A DNA stretch of 64,000 nucleotides from Candidatus Bathyarchaeota archaeon (lineage in GTDB: Archaea; Thermoproteota; Bathyarchaeia; Bathyarchaeales; Bathycorpusculaceae), in NCBI GenBank assembly GCA_963772455.1, contig CAVYXJ010000012.1, positions 32,001-96,000 of the forward strand, in the 5' to 3' direction. The position numbers and the translations under genes are program-made. The notes under the pieces were generated by a model. It did no database searches. It saw only the letters and a list, made by a program, of their open reading frames with translations, and had not been told where the DNA came from. Below are positions 20,065 to 29,918 of this stretch, piece by piece. Position 1 is the stretch's first letter. Every line of letters begins with the position of its first letter.

Positions 20065-20204
20065 AACGCTTCACCTAACTATTGGGATTAATGGACCTGT
20101 GGATTTGAGCTTTTGTGGTTGTTTATCGGTAGTCACAAGTATAGTGTCTAGAAGAACTCTAACAAAAATATAGAACATCGGAGAGCAAAAAATTACTAAG
20201 CCCA

Positions 20205-20227
20205 AAGGCGAGTTACAACCAACACAC
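20205..20227 (+). repeat. Copy of the RNase P RNA 3' segment, inverted relative to rnpB
   Basis: AAGGCGAGTTACAACCAACACAC matches the reverse complement of 25163-25185 at 22 of 23 nt. Confidence 0.8.
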
Positions 20228-20243
20228 AACACCCACTTGCCTG

Positions 20244-20618
20244 TTAAATTATTTTTATTCTTTCATCGTTTATGTTAGCAAATTTTTTGTCTCTTGTTAA
20301 CAATTCTTCGTCGTTGGCAAGTGAAATTCCAGCGATAAGCAAGTCATTCTCGTTAATCATCTTTCCGTTTTCTTTCAGTCTCTCATAAACTGAGGCTGCT
20401 TTTCTAGCAGATGCACTATCAAAGGGGCAGACAGTTATTTCCGATAAGAAATCCTCCGCAAGGTGCTTTTTCAGAGCATTTTTATGCTTAAGCAATTCAT
20501 ACTCCGTTATCGTGGTTGTTTTGAGGTGCTCTGTCTTAGCGAACTTCTTCACGAAAGCGATAACCTTTTCGTCGCCTGCTAGGAAAGCTATTATAACGCT
20601 TGTATCGAGGAAGGTCAT
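20244..20618 (-). CDS. vapC: PIN-domain toxin
   Basis: FLDTSVII, TEYE, DLLIA and LLTRD acidic residues. Confidence 0.92.
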   Translation of the reverse strand: MTFLDTSVIIAFLAGDEKVIAFVKKFAKTEHLKTTTITEYELLKHKNALKKHLAEDFLSEITVCPFDSASARKAASVYERLKENGKMINENDLLIAGISLANDEELLTRDKKFANINDERIKII

Positions 20619-20851
20619 TTGCTCTCTTCAAAGTCCCTTCCGTAGTTAACTTCTCTTTCGGCAGCTATTGTTGCGTTCAATTCCTCAAGTTTCTTTCTTT
20701 CGTTTTTCATGGAACCCGCGAAACGCATAATATCCTTTTTTTCTTCTTTTAAACATAGGTTTTCTTTTATGACCTCTGAAAAGCTCTTTTTGCCTTTTCT
20801 TTTTGAGAGAAGTTCGTAGACTTCATTTGAAATTGAAATCTGCCTTGCCAC
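20615..20851 (-). CDS. vapB: Antitoxin (archaeal VapB/DUF217-like)
   Basis: ISISNEVYELL...KSFSEVI; 4-nt overlap with vapC. Confidence 0.88.
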   Translation of the reverse strand: MARQISISNEVYELLSKRKGKKSFSEVIKENLCLKEEKKDIMRFAGSMKNERKKLEELNATIAAEREVNYGRDFEESK

Positions 20852-20861
20852 ATTTATCGCC

Positions 20862-20876
20862 TATACATAATGTATA
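20862..20876. promoter_or_regulatory. Palindromic operator upstream of vapBC
   Basis: Perfect 7-1-7 palindrome TATACAT-A-ATGTATA 10 nt upstream of the vapB start. Confidence 0.65.
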
Positions 20877-21348
20877 CATGGCACAGCAATAAACATTTTC
20901 AATACATTTTTGATAAACAACAGATTCCTATCCCGATTCCCTCGAGAGTTTGCCCTTTAAATCTTGAAATAAGAAAAACTGTAAACCTTAATTTGTTTTT
21001 CACACTTTCACTATTTCGTAGTTGTTTTGACCTTGCTTAAAAAATTATGCAGGAACTATGAAGAGGTCTGTTTTACTGTTATTTTTCTAAAATGGAAGTA
21101 AACAGCAATAGCTACCAAGATTATTCTTATAGACTCAATTACTAACTACAACTACCATGAACTTCTTTTCGGGCCTATTTTTGTAATCACTTAAGCCTTG
21201 GGTTTACAGTCGCAGAATTATTTATTCTCTTTTTCAGTTAAGTGCATATGATTTTTTTTGGGTTGTGTTGTACAATTGATCTATTTGTTAAGTAAATCGT
21301 AACATTTAATATAATATTGTTATTAAATTTTTCTTGGGGCAAAGATAA

Positions 21349-21762
21349 TTGGGTGTTTACAAGAAAATATTTTTTGTTGGATTCGTAATTGTCGCTGTGA
21401 GCTTTGTAATAATTAATACTAACGCGTTAAGCCTATTCGAAAAACCTATCAATTTGGGGTTAATAGCTGAACAAGCTGTCATCCAAAAGGCATCATTTGA
21501 TAGTTCCAACAATAACACACTCTTGCTAAATGTTAAATCGTTATTTAGTCAAACTATTGTCTTTAATACTGCCATAATTAAGAATTCACAACAAAATACT
21601 GTCGCAACAATTGTTTCATTCCATCATGAGCTTCCAGCCCAAAATAATGTAATAGTACCAATTGACCTCAATGGCATTGGTTTGAGTTCTGGAAATTACA
21701 CAATAGATCTTTGGACAACAAAAAGTCATCATTTCTCTTCACCGTCGTTTACAATAAAGTAA
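21349..21762 (+). CDS. Membrane-anchored or secreted beta-rich hypothetical protein
   Basis: N-terminal hydrophobic helix; GNYTIDLWT motif. Confidence 0.7.
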   Translation: MGVYKKIFFVGFVIVAVSFVIINTNALSLFEKPINLGLIAEQAVIQKASFDSSNNNTLLLNVKSLFSQTIVFNTAIIKNSQQNTVATIVSFHHELPAQNNVIVPIDLNGIGLSSGNYTIDLWTTKSHHFSSPSFTIK

Positions 21763-21870
21763 AATAGCAGAAGGAATTCTTTCGACAAAAATATATTTTC
21801 ATCCTAGCATTTTTGAACGTTTCTAAAGAATTAAATATGTTAGTTAACCTAATTTAGCTGGGTTTAATGG

Positions 21871-22092
21871 ATGGATAGAATCAAAGCTCTCGAAGTAATG
21901 AAAGAACTTATTGAACATCAATTCATACATGCGGCTAATGTTTCTTTGCAATGGGATAAAGGCAATGTTTACAGTCTTATTTTGAAGAGTGGAAACTCGC
22001 TGTTTTTAAGCGCGTTTACTTCTGATAGAAATTTATCAGTACATGAGAATAAAGCTAAAGGCATTGTTAAAATATCTTCTCATGACCCATAG
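21871..22092 (+). CDS. Small hypothetical protein, probable paralogue of 58381-58611
   Basis: 73-aa ATG ORF with similar pattern (A-x-x-hydrophobic-K...FT...NL). Confidence 0.65.
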   Translation: MDRIKALEVMKELIEHQFIHAANVSLQWDKGNVYSLILKSGNSLFLSAFTSDRNLSVHENKAKGIVKISSHDP

Positions 22093-22270
22093 TTCTTCAT
22101 TATTGCTTACCTGATTTTCATTGCAGAGCATAATTCATCAAGGGTCACTATTATTTGATCATATGTGAAAATATTAATTAAATAAAGTCTTGTCTAAGGC
22201 AAAATGGTTTTTTCAAATTTTTCTTTTTGAATAGGCAAGTAAGGTTAAAACTAAAAAACATTATAGCCTT

Positions 22271-23422
22271 TTATGCGCCTAATGGAAGCTCAATATTAAA
22301 GCGTGTCCCTTTCCCTATCTCGCTCTCAAATGTGACTGTACCGTTTAATGCTTCAGTGAGTTTTTTAACTACTGCTAATCCAAAACCTTGACCTTTAGGC
22401 TTTGTTGTAACCAAAGGCGTAAAAATTCTGCCTCTTACTTCAACGGGTATCCCTTGACCCGTATCTTCAACACTTAGAAACACTTTGTCTTCTTTGCGTT
22501 TCACCTTTATAGATATTTTTCCGCCATTTGGCAACGCTTGTATTGCGTTAGAGATCAAATTTGTAAGTATTCTCTTCATATAAGTTGGGTCGGTCTTTAA
22601 GGCCAGAGAATTATCGTCAAGTGAAAGAGTTATTCTTACAGTCTCTGGAACATCGGTTGTTGATAATACATCTTGAACGATTTTTTCGATAGCAACTTCT
22701 TCAAACGTTGGCTTTGGTGGCTTAGCATAATCTTGTAAATCATTAACAATCTTGTTTATGTAAGACAGGGATTCTTCTATGTTGCTGAGACCTTCTTTAA
22801 AGCATTCTTTGACTTCTCCTTTAGGTAGAGATTCGATTTCGTTTTTCAACAGGTATGTTTCTCCAAATATTGATTGTAATGGATTTCTTATATCGTGCCC
22901 AATCATGCCTGCGGTTTGTCCTATTGCTGAGAGTCTTTCAGCATTCTTAAGTTGTTCAACCTGTTGTAAAACGAGCTTTTCCAAATCATTCATTTGTAGG
23001 CTGAGTTTTTTTTCAAGTTCTCGCTTTTCTGTGATGTCTTCAAAAATGGTGACAGCGCCTATAATTTCACCTTTTGAATCAGGTAGTGGAGCTGAGGTTG
23101 AGGAAACAATTATTCTTGAACCATCGGGCCTTTCAATTATTGCTTCGTCATTAACTATTTTTTGTCCTCTAAGAGCACCATTTGCTGGAAGTTTTTCGGA
23201 AGGATAAATTTCGCCATTTGGTTTAAGTAGCTTCACCATTTTTTTTGACAGGTTGCAGATTTCCAGTCCTATTGGGTTGATGCCATAAAGCTCGATGGCA
23301 CGGTCGTTAGCGTATGTAATTCTTCCTGTCGGATTTTCAAGAATAATTATGCCTACAGGAACAAGCCTCAAAATTGAGTATATTCCAGTTCCAGCAAATT
23401 CACCATTAAACTTGTTTGGCAC
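22271..23422 (-). CDS. PAS-domain sensor histidine kinase
   Basis: H box GHDIRNPL, N box NLISNA, G1 DTGQGI, G2 GQGFGL. Confidence 0.93.
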   Translation of the reverse strand: MPNKFNGEFAGTGIYSILRLVPVGIIILENPTGRITYANDRAIELYGINPIGLEICNLSKKMVKLLKPNGEIYPSEKLPANGALRGQKIVNDEAIIERPDGSRIIVSSTSAPLPDSKGEIIGAVTIFEDITEKRELEKKLSLQMNDLEKLVLQQVEQLKNAERLSAIGQTAGMIGHDIRNPLQSIFGETYLLKNEIESLPKGEVKECFKEGLSNIEESLSYINKIVNDLQDYAKPPKPTFEEVAIEKIVQDVLSTTDVPETVRITLSLDDNSLALKTDPTYMKRILTNLISNAIQALPNGGKISIKVKRKEDKVFLSVEDTGQGIPVEVRGRIFTPLVTTKPKGQGFGLAVVKKLTEALNGTVTFESEIGKGTRFNIELPLGA

Positions 23423-23626
23423 AGTATCCCCTAAGTTAAGTACTTTTTAAAAATAAGCTCTTTGTTGCATATAATTATTTTGTAATTTCAATTCCTCGTT
23501 GCTTGCGGGGAGAATACCTCTTAGAAGCAAAATCCATGCTGTAGTATCTAGTTATGAGCATTTAGGAAACTTGAATGAAAAAAGATATAGTTAATAATTT
23601 AACAAATCTTTATTCAAAAGACCCTA

Positions 23627-24530
23627 ATGAAACATGAGCATCAACCAAGAATAGATAAACTATCCGATATCCATGAGTACAAAGGAGCTACAAAAAAGCG
23701 TCTTTTACTTTCTATGATCATCACCGCCTCAGTAATGGTTATCGAAGTCATCGGAAGCACGTTAACAGGCAGCTTGGCATTAGCAAGTGATGCAGCACAT
23801 ATGTTTACGCATTTGTTTGCGTTAGCAATTAGTTTTACAGCCATTATAATTGCATGTAAAAAACCATGCCACCATAGAACATATCGGTTACTTCAGAGCC
23901 GAAATTCTCGCCGCTTTGTTTAATAGTATTTTCCTTTTTGCAGTAACCGCATACATATTATACGAAGGGATAGAACGGTTACTAAATCCGCAACCAGTTT
24001 TGGGCTTTGAAATGTTTTTGGTTGCCTTGGCGGGGTTGGCCGCGAATGGATTTAGCATACTCATTCTTCGCAACAGCATGAGAAACGACCTAAATGTTAG
24101 AGGAGCTTTTCTTCACATGTTTGCAGATGCTGCATCCTCGGTCGCCATCATATTTGGAGCAATAATTGTTGCTTATAGTGGATGGTATTTTATTGACCCG
24201 CTATTAGGAATAGGGATATCCGTATTGATTTTTGTTTGGGCATACGGGCTATTGCGCGACTCCATTAATGTTTTAATGGAAACTGCTCCAAAAGGCATGA
24301 ATATTGACTTGGTAACAGCGCAAATTAAGGAAAATATTCCTGAGGTGGTGGCAATAAATGATATTCATATTTGGGAAATTACTTCTGGAATGTATTCTTT
24401 AACTGCTCATGTAGAGGCAAATATAACTGATGAGAATATAGAGGATATTATCGCTAGAATAAACAAGTTGTTGGCGGATAAATTCGCAATCGAGCACACG
24501 ACATTACAAATTCAGCCCAAGAAGATATAA
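23627..24530 (+). CDS. CDF family Zn/Co/Cd efflux transporter, CzcD-like (one extra base near 23885)
   Basis: SLALASDAAHM, GYFRAEILAA, AFLHMFAD and DIHIW motifs. Confidence 0.9.
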
Positions 24531-24676
24531 TAAGTCCCCGTTACCGGTGGCCTTGAAAAGATTCTTTTTCAACATTAATTGTTTGCAAGACAGAGTCCTT
24601 ACTTGCGAGGAGGGCACTGTTGAGGGGGTTACTCGCTAAGCGAGGTGTCTTGCTTAATAAGTAAAATTTCTGATGC

Positions 24677-24967
24677 TCATATTGATTTGCACCCCGAGAT
24701 TTCGGGGTGTCGGGTTAATTCATCAAGACATTTGTTTAGCAATATGTTGTCTCCGACTTTAGATACCAATGAGATAGGCAAGCATGCGGTTGAGCTGCCA
24801 ATTCTTTTCTTAAATCCAAGGTCTTCGGATGCTGATTTTGACAACTTGATATGTAAATGGGTAACTTGCCAAGTATCAACATTAATTTCTACTCCATTAA
24901 TCTTTCCAAGGTCAAAACCGCCTGCACAAATTACGAATTTATCTGAAAGGTCTTTGAAGGTAACCAA
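24677..24967 (-). CDS. PRC-barrel domain protein
   Basis: GFDLGKINGVEINVDTWQVTHL...VSKVGDNILL. Confidence 0.8.
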   Translation of the reverse strand: MVTFKDLSDKFVICAGGFDLGKINGVEINVDTWQVTHLHIKLSKSASEDLGFKKRIGSSTACLPISLVSKVGDNILLNKCLDELTRHPEISGCKSI

Positions 24968-25156
24968 ACATAAACACCACTTTTAGTACATTATATCTTT
25001 GAATATAATACTTTTCATAGTGCTCTCGCTTTGGAAGTGTTTTTTAGGTCTTAGGGCACCAAAAAACGGCTTTCTGATTTCTCTCTTGTGCAGACATAGA
25101 GTAATTCTTTGCTTCTTTACAAAAAAGGAACAATCCGTTAATTAGACAGTTGAATT

Positions 25157-25469
25157 GGGCTGGTGTGTTGGTTGTAACCCGCCTTCTGTTGTCTGTGGCA
25201 TTCGGCTAATCGGGCTACCCGCGCCTTCCGGTAGATTCTTCATCGGCGACTGTTTGCCCTTTCCACATGCAGGACGGCCGTTTCACCGCTTCCAGCCCAG
25301 CACACTCGACATCACAAATGTCTCATAGCCTATCTGGGTGGACGTTTCGTTTCTGCTCCGTTGCCAAGGCTCTCGCCTTGTTCCCTGCGGAACTGCACTT
25401 CTACTTGTGGGCGGAGTTTCCTCAGACCCAAATTTTGGGTCCGAAAGCCACACACCAACTCGCCAGCCC
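25157..25469 (-). ncRNA. rnpB: RNase P RNA (archaeal)
   Basis: P1 GGGCUGG/CCAGCCC; GAGGAAACUCCGCC; CAGAAAC; GGUGAAACGGCC; AACAGAAGGCGGGUUA. Confidence 0.96.
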
Positions 25470-25576
25470 ATCACAGAAAGCTAAGTCGTGAGCAATAAAC
25501 ATACTCGTAACACTAAACCCTGAGCATTCAAATAATAACTAATGCGCAACCAATAATTATCACAGCTATCCAACAT

Positions 25577-26164
25577 ATGTTCATGAAACGAGTCATACTT
25601 ATAACAGGAACGCCATGCGTTGGAAAGACAACGACAGCAAAACAACTCGCCGCCAAAATAAGCGGACAATACTTAAACTTAACCGATTATGCTAAAACAT
25701 ACGGCTTAACGTTGGGTGAAGATACAGAACGAAAAACCACAATTATTGATGAAGAAAAAATGCGAATCAAGTTAGCTCAAACAATAGAGGCATCAGAAAA
25801 TAACAATATTATTGTAGATGGGCATTATGCAGCTGCAGTTACCCCAACAAATCTAGTAAACAATGTTTTTGTTTTGCGGCGAAATCCCAAAGAACTTAAA
25901 GAGTTCATGCTAAAATGTGACTTTAATAATGCCAAACTAAATGAAAATTTGTCAGCTGAAATTCTTGATAGTTGCCTTATTGAAGCTATGCAAACACAGC
26001 AAGGAAAGGTTTGCGAACTTGATGTAACAGGAAAAACTGTGGATGAAAATGTGGCAGAAATCCTTAGCGTTTTGAACGGAGACAAGAAATGCTTTGTTGG
26101 AGTAGTGGATTGGCTTGGTCTTCTTGAAAGCGAAGGCACATTAGATGAATATCTTAAGGTTTAG
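25577..26164 (+). CDS. Adenylate kinase AK6/Fap7-type
   Basis: ITGTPCVGKTT P-loop, VDGH and ENLSAEI motifs. Confidence 0.9.
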   Translation: MFMKRVILITGTPCVGKTTTAKQLAAKISGQYLNLTDYAKTYGLTLGEDTERKTTIIDEEKMRIKLAQTIEASENNNIIVDGHYAAAVTPTNLVNNVFVLRRNPKELKEFMLKCDFNNAKLNENLSAEILDSCLIEAMQTQQGKVCELDVTGKTVDENVAEILSVLNGDKKCFVGVVDWLGLLESEGTLDEYLKV

Positions 26165-26527
26165 TTATCGGAAGCTGCCGATTTTCTGTTTGGTTAGCAA
26201 TGTTATTTTTCGTCTATTGCTGTAGGATTTGGCGTGGTCGCTGAATTTTTCGCCAATCAGAATAGGACTTGATAAATCAACATCTTCAGATGATGTATCC
26301 AAATGAATAATGACGTTAACTCCGATTGTTCGGTTCCAGTCACGGACCCAAACACCCTGTTCTAAGCGTCCTTTTTGAACAATTAAGTCAAAATGCCGTG
26401 CAACGCCACTTTGTCCTTCCAATTTGATGTTTTCGCTATTAACTTTGTAACCTTCCTTCTTGAAGTATTGAATCGCCAAATCAGTCAAATGAGTTCTAGA
26501 TTTAAACTGGTCTCCATCAACGGTCAT
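26165..26527 (-). CDS. Stand-alone Mrr-like PD-(D/E)XK-fold domain
   Basis: YFKKEGYKV...LEGQSG...HFDLIV...FSDHAKSY...ITLL pattern. Confidence 0.7.
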   Translation of the reverse strand: MTVDGDQFKSRTHLTDLAIQYFKKEGYKVNSENIKLEGQSGVARHFDLIVQKGRLEQGVWVRDWNRTIGVNVIIHLDTSSEDVDLSSPILIGEKFSDHAKSYSNRRKITLLTKQKIGSFR

Positions 26528-26598
26528 AATGCTCGCTCTACCCTACCAAACAATTAATGAACCTGTGTGATGAAAAGCCTTTCGGAAGCAACCCAAAA

Positions 26599-26820
26599 AT
26601 GGGTGTAACACTCATCATAAAATGTACTCAATGCGGCGGTTTGACGTTAAGCCCTAAGGGTCAGAAAACAAAAATATGCCCCTACTGCGGCTCAAAAATA
26701 ATTCTTCTAAAAGCCCAAAAGGTAGTTGCCGCAAGCACAGCCATTGAAGCTTCTGAGATATTGCGCAGATTAAAAAGTGAACAAAAAATTAATCACAAAA
26801 AACCTAGCGGACATGCCTAA
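26599..26820 (+). CDS. DUF1922-like Zn-ribbon protein
   Basis: CTQCG...KTKICPYCG. Confidence 0.8.
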   Translation: MGVTLIIKCTQCGGLTLSPKGQKTKICPYCGSKIILLKAQKVVAASTAIEASEILRRLKSEQKINHKKPSGHA

Positions 26821-27742
26821 GTAACTCACATGCTTTACACATATCGAGCGCAGAAGGTTCACCACATTCACTACATGTTTTAAAATCTTCTTTTTTAGCA
26901 GTTTCCTCAAGTGCTGGTCGAAGACGTTCAATGGCTTTTGAAACAGTGAATTTTGTTCCTGCATGTTTTTCTTCCATGCGGTTAATCATTCCTCGAATGT
27001 CATTACGAAGGGCTTCAGAAGCGTATGGACAAGGAGTATCTTGGAACTCGATTTGTTTGGCATATGCATAAAGTGCACTTTCTTTTTCGGGGATTTCGCA
27101 TAAAGGCTTAATCTTTTGAACAAACATTGGGTGCACTTCACTTGTGACTGGTTTCTCTTTGGCTAATCTTGCTATGTCTCCGTGGAAAATATTCATTAAA
27201 ACCGTTTGTACCTCATCATCAAGGGTATGTCCGGTAGCGACTTTGTTGGCTTTAACTTGTCGTGCTCCAGCGTTGATAGCTTTGCGTCGCAGAACACCGC
27301 AGTAAGCGCAAGCAGTCAATTCTGTTTGCCCGTTTTTTCTTGCTTTAGAAATCATTTCGTCGAGTGTAAAACCGTAGAGATCTTTGAATGAAACAATGTG
27401 ATGTGGGATTTCAAGTTTTTTGCAGTTTGCTGCTGCAATTTCTAAAGCTTCATCACGATAGCCCTTGATTCCCTCATCCACTGTGACTGCTGTAAGGTTA
27501 GTCTTTGGCCTGGACCGTTTGAGTTTAGCTATTATATGAAGTATACTTAAGCTATCTTTTCCACCTGAAACTGCCACAGCCAAATGATCATTATAGCTTA
27601 GCATGTGGTAACGGGTAATTGTTGCTCTCACTTTTGCTTCAATGGATTCGGTGAAACACTTTTTGCACAAGCGCTCGCCTGAGTATTGTCTGTAAAAAAA
27701 GGCTTCACGAGTTTTGCATGCGCTACACACAGGTGTATCCAT
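26804..27742 (-). CDS. ncsA: tRNA 2-thiolation protein (NcsA/TtuA/Ncs6 family)
   Basis: SGGKDS PP-loop, CAYCGVLRR, GHTLDD, CPY and terminal Zn fingers. Confidence 0.9.
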   Translation of the reverse strand: MDTPVCSACKTREAFFYRQYSGERLCKKCFTESIEAKVRATITRYHMLSYNDHLAVAVSGGKDSLSILHIIAKLKRSRPKTNLTAVTVDEGIKGYRDEALEIAAANCKKLEIPHHIVSFKDLYGFTLDEMISKARKNGQTELTACAYCGVLRRKAINAGARQVKANKVATGHTLDDEVQTVLMNIFHGDIARLAKEKPVTSEVHPMFVQKIKPLCEIPEKESALYAYAKQIEFQDTPCPYASEALRNDIRGMINRMEEKHAGTKFTVSKAIERLRPALEETAKKEDFKTCSECGEPSALDMCKACELLRHVR

Positions 27743-27963
27743 TGGCTTTCCTTCATTGCTTGATTGGTAAATTAGACTAAATGAAGGTTTAGCTGAAGAT
27801 AACCCAACTTCTTCCACACATCTTTCTTTTTTTCTTTCCGTTGCAAATAAAGTCTTCTTATGCATGAAAATCTAACCAAACAACCATAAACCACGACGAC
27901 CAAAATTGCCTTATGCCAAATTTAAATATACTTGTTTTCTAATAAAATATAAGAGGCTTTTTA

Positions 27964-28275
27964 ATGGGAGATTCTGAACAACAGTATTTAGAAAAAATAT
28001 CCAAAACCAAATTTAATTCAAGTAAAAAAGTTACTGAAATTCTAGACGTTTTTGGCAAGTCACAAAAATTAAAAGCTGAATCATTAAAGAAGACTGAAGA
28101 AATGATGACAAAAGCTGCAAGCGATTTGGAGAAGCTTGAACGCGATAAGGGAAAAAACCAAGATTTGTCCGCTGAGTCTCAGAAAAAAATTAATGACGAG
28201 ATTGCAATTGCTAGGAATGAAGTACGACATAAGTATGACGAACTAAAAGCGCGAATTGTTAATCGGTTAGAATAA
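27964..28275 (+). CDS. Helical/coiled-coil hypothetical protein
   Basis: 103 aa, K/E-rich. Confidence 0.65.
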   Translation: MGDSEQQYLEKISKTKFNSSKKVTEILDVFGKSQKLKAESLKKTEEMMTKAASDLEKLERDKGKNQDLSAESQKKINDEIAIARNEVRHKYDELKARIVNRLE

Positions 28276-28342
28276 AACTGCCTAAGAATAATCAAGTAAC
28301 GAAAAAAAGAAAAAAATATAAATAAAATAAAAAATTAAAAAA

Positions 28343-28930
28343 GTGATAAAAATGAGTGAGAAACCTTCTAGTAAAAGTTTAGTTGATAAGTTACCAGGCG
28401 GTTTAAAAAAGAATCTTTCTCCTGGCGAAGAAGTTATCAGTTCCCTCAACAGCTTCGTTATAGCTGAACGAACAAATTACATAGTACTTACGAACATTCG
28501 CCTTATCTACTTCGACGAAAAACATTTGGGTAGATACGACTTCAAATCATTGCCTTTGCAGAAGGTACTTCAAATTAGTGCGCATAGAGGCGCAGTTGTA
28601 TGGGGAGAAGTTACGGTTAAAATGGAGGACGGTGCTATTTTTACGGTGGAGAGAGTAAATCGCGGGGATATGGCTAATTTTATTGATGCTTTGGAAATTG
28701 CATATAATGGTATTGCGGTTGAGCCGGTTTCAATGAAACGTAAAGGTGAGCTTCTTGGTATGGCGGATTGGGAGTTTAATAAGCCTAAGGAGATGATTTT
28801 TAGGCAGAATACTTCTGTTCAAGCTCAATCTGTTGAAGACCCGTCAGTTCAGTTGAAATTGAGGTTTATTAAGGGAGAAATATCTGAAGAAGAATATAAA
28901 ACCAAACTTAGGGTGTTACAAGAGAAATAA
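28343..28930 (+). CDS. Bacterial-type PH domain protein with C-terminal SHOCT motif
   Basis: LSPGEEV...LTNIRLI; LKLRFIKGEISEEEYKTKLRVL. Confidence 0.8.
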   Translation: MIKMSEKPSSKSLVDKLPGGLKKNLSPGEEVISSLNSFVIAERTNYIVLTNIRLIYFDEKHLGRYDFKSLPLQKVLQISAHRGAVVWGEVTVKMEDGAIFTVERVNRGDMANFIDALEIAYNGIAVEPVSMKRKGELLGMADWEFNKPKEMIFRQNTSVQAQSVEDPSVQLKLRFIKGEISEEEYKTKLRVLQEK

Positions 28931-29197
28931 AACGCAGATACATTTGGTTGGATTAAGTAATCCAGCCAATCTTGTTTAATTTATTTTTTTTTGAGGATAG
29001 GCTTGAATAACCAGTCTTTGCATTTCTACAGTAGCTTTAGCCCAGTAGTCTGTTTTGGGAAAAGTTGCCTATTAAAATAGACTGGCCTTAACGTTGAAAC
29101 ATTACTACTGTAGTAAACCAACCAGAGGGTAGCTCTAATCTTGAAGGATTGGAGGTAACGCAACAAACCATTGTAATAGCCCAAAAATACATAGAAA

Positions 29198-29917
29198 GTG
29201 CGGCGCTTTAAATTGGCTGTTAAAACAACTAAGCATGACGAATACAAAGAGGTTACTTATTCTAGTTTACGTTGGAAACAACTAACGGCTCTTAGGAGTA
29301 AAGCAGTTTGGGTAATGGAGGCGCTTGAGGATTTTCATTTGAGTTCACTTACGCATGGAAGCATAGCTAGAGGCGATGTAAATCAGGGCAGTGACGTTGA
29401 TGTGTTCATTCCTGAAGTCCAAAGCAGTTTTGTTGTTGAAACAGCTCTGGAAAAAGCAAAAATACCAATAAACTCAAGGTTAATTGTTCAAGCAACGCCA
29501 ACCTATGCAATGAAAGCCCATGTCGAAATTGACGAGAAAACAACCGTTTCATTTCCCCTTATGGAGATGCGCCGAGTGGAGAGAGAATTTTATGGGTTTG
29601 GTGGCGAAGTGAACCTGAAACAACTAAAAATGAATGCGCGTGTCGCTGGTGTAGATAAACGGCTTATGCTCATTGATCCTACAGAGAAAGGTCACGTGGA
29701 AACCAGTGTCATCGGAAAAGAAGAGGTTACCGCTAGAATTTTGGAAATTGCAGCTGAAACAGTTTTTGATAGAGTACACGCTTTAATAAAACGAGATACT
29801 GTTGGGCGAACTGGTGTTTTTGTTAAAAGAGAGTTGATGCAAGAAGAAACTTTTGAGTTAGCTTTAAAAAAACTCGCTGAGTTAAATCCTGCAGTTAGAC
29901 GAAGAATGAAAAAATAG
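29198..29917 (+). CDS. Pol-beta-superfamily nucleotidyltransferase (archaeal COG2413-like)
   Basis: HGSIARGDV...SDVDV, GVDKRL and GRTGVF motifs. Confidence 0.85.
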   Translation: MRRFKLAVKTTKHDEYKEVTYSSLRWKQLTALRSKAVWVMEALEDFHLSSLTHGSIARGDVNQGSDVDVFIPEVQSSFVVETALEKAKIPINSRLIVQATPTYAMKAHVEIDEKTTVSFPLMEMRRVEREFYGFGGEVNLKQLKMNARVAGVDKRLMLIDPTEKGHVETSVIGKEEVTARILEIAAETVFDRVHALIKRDTVGRTGVFVKRELMQEETFELALKKLAELNPAVRRRMKK

Positions 29918-29918
29918 G

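Noticed and set aside
25267-25491. ORFs 25267-25491 and 25283-25474
   Set aside because: Overlap the RNase P RNA gene
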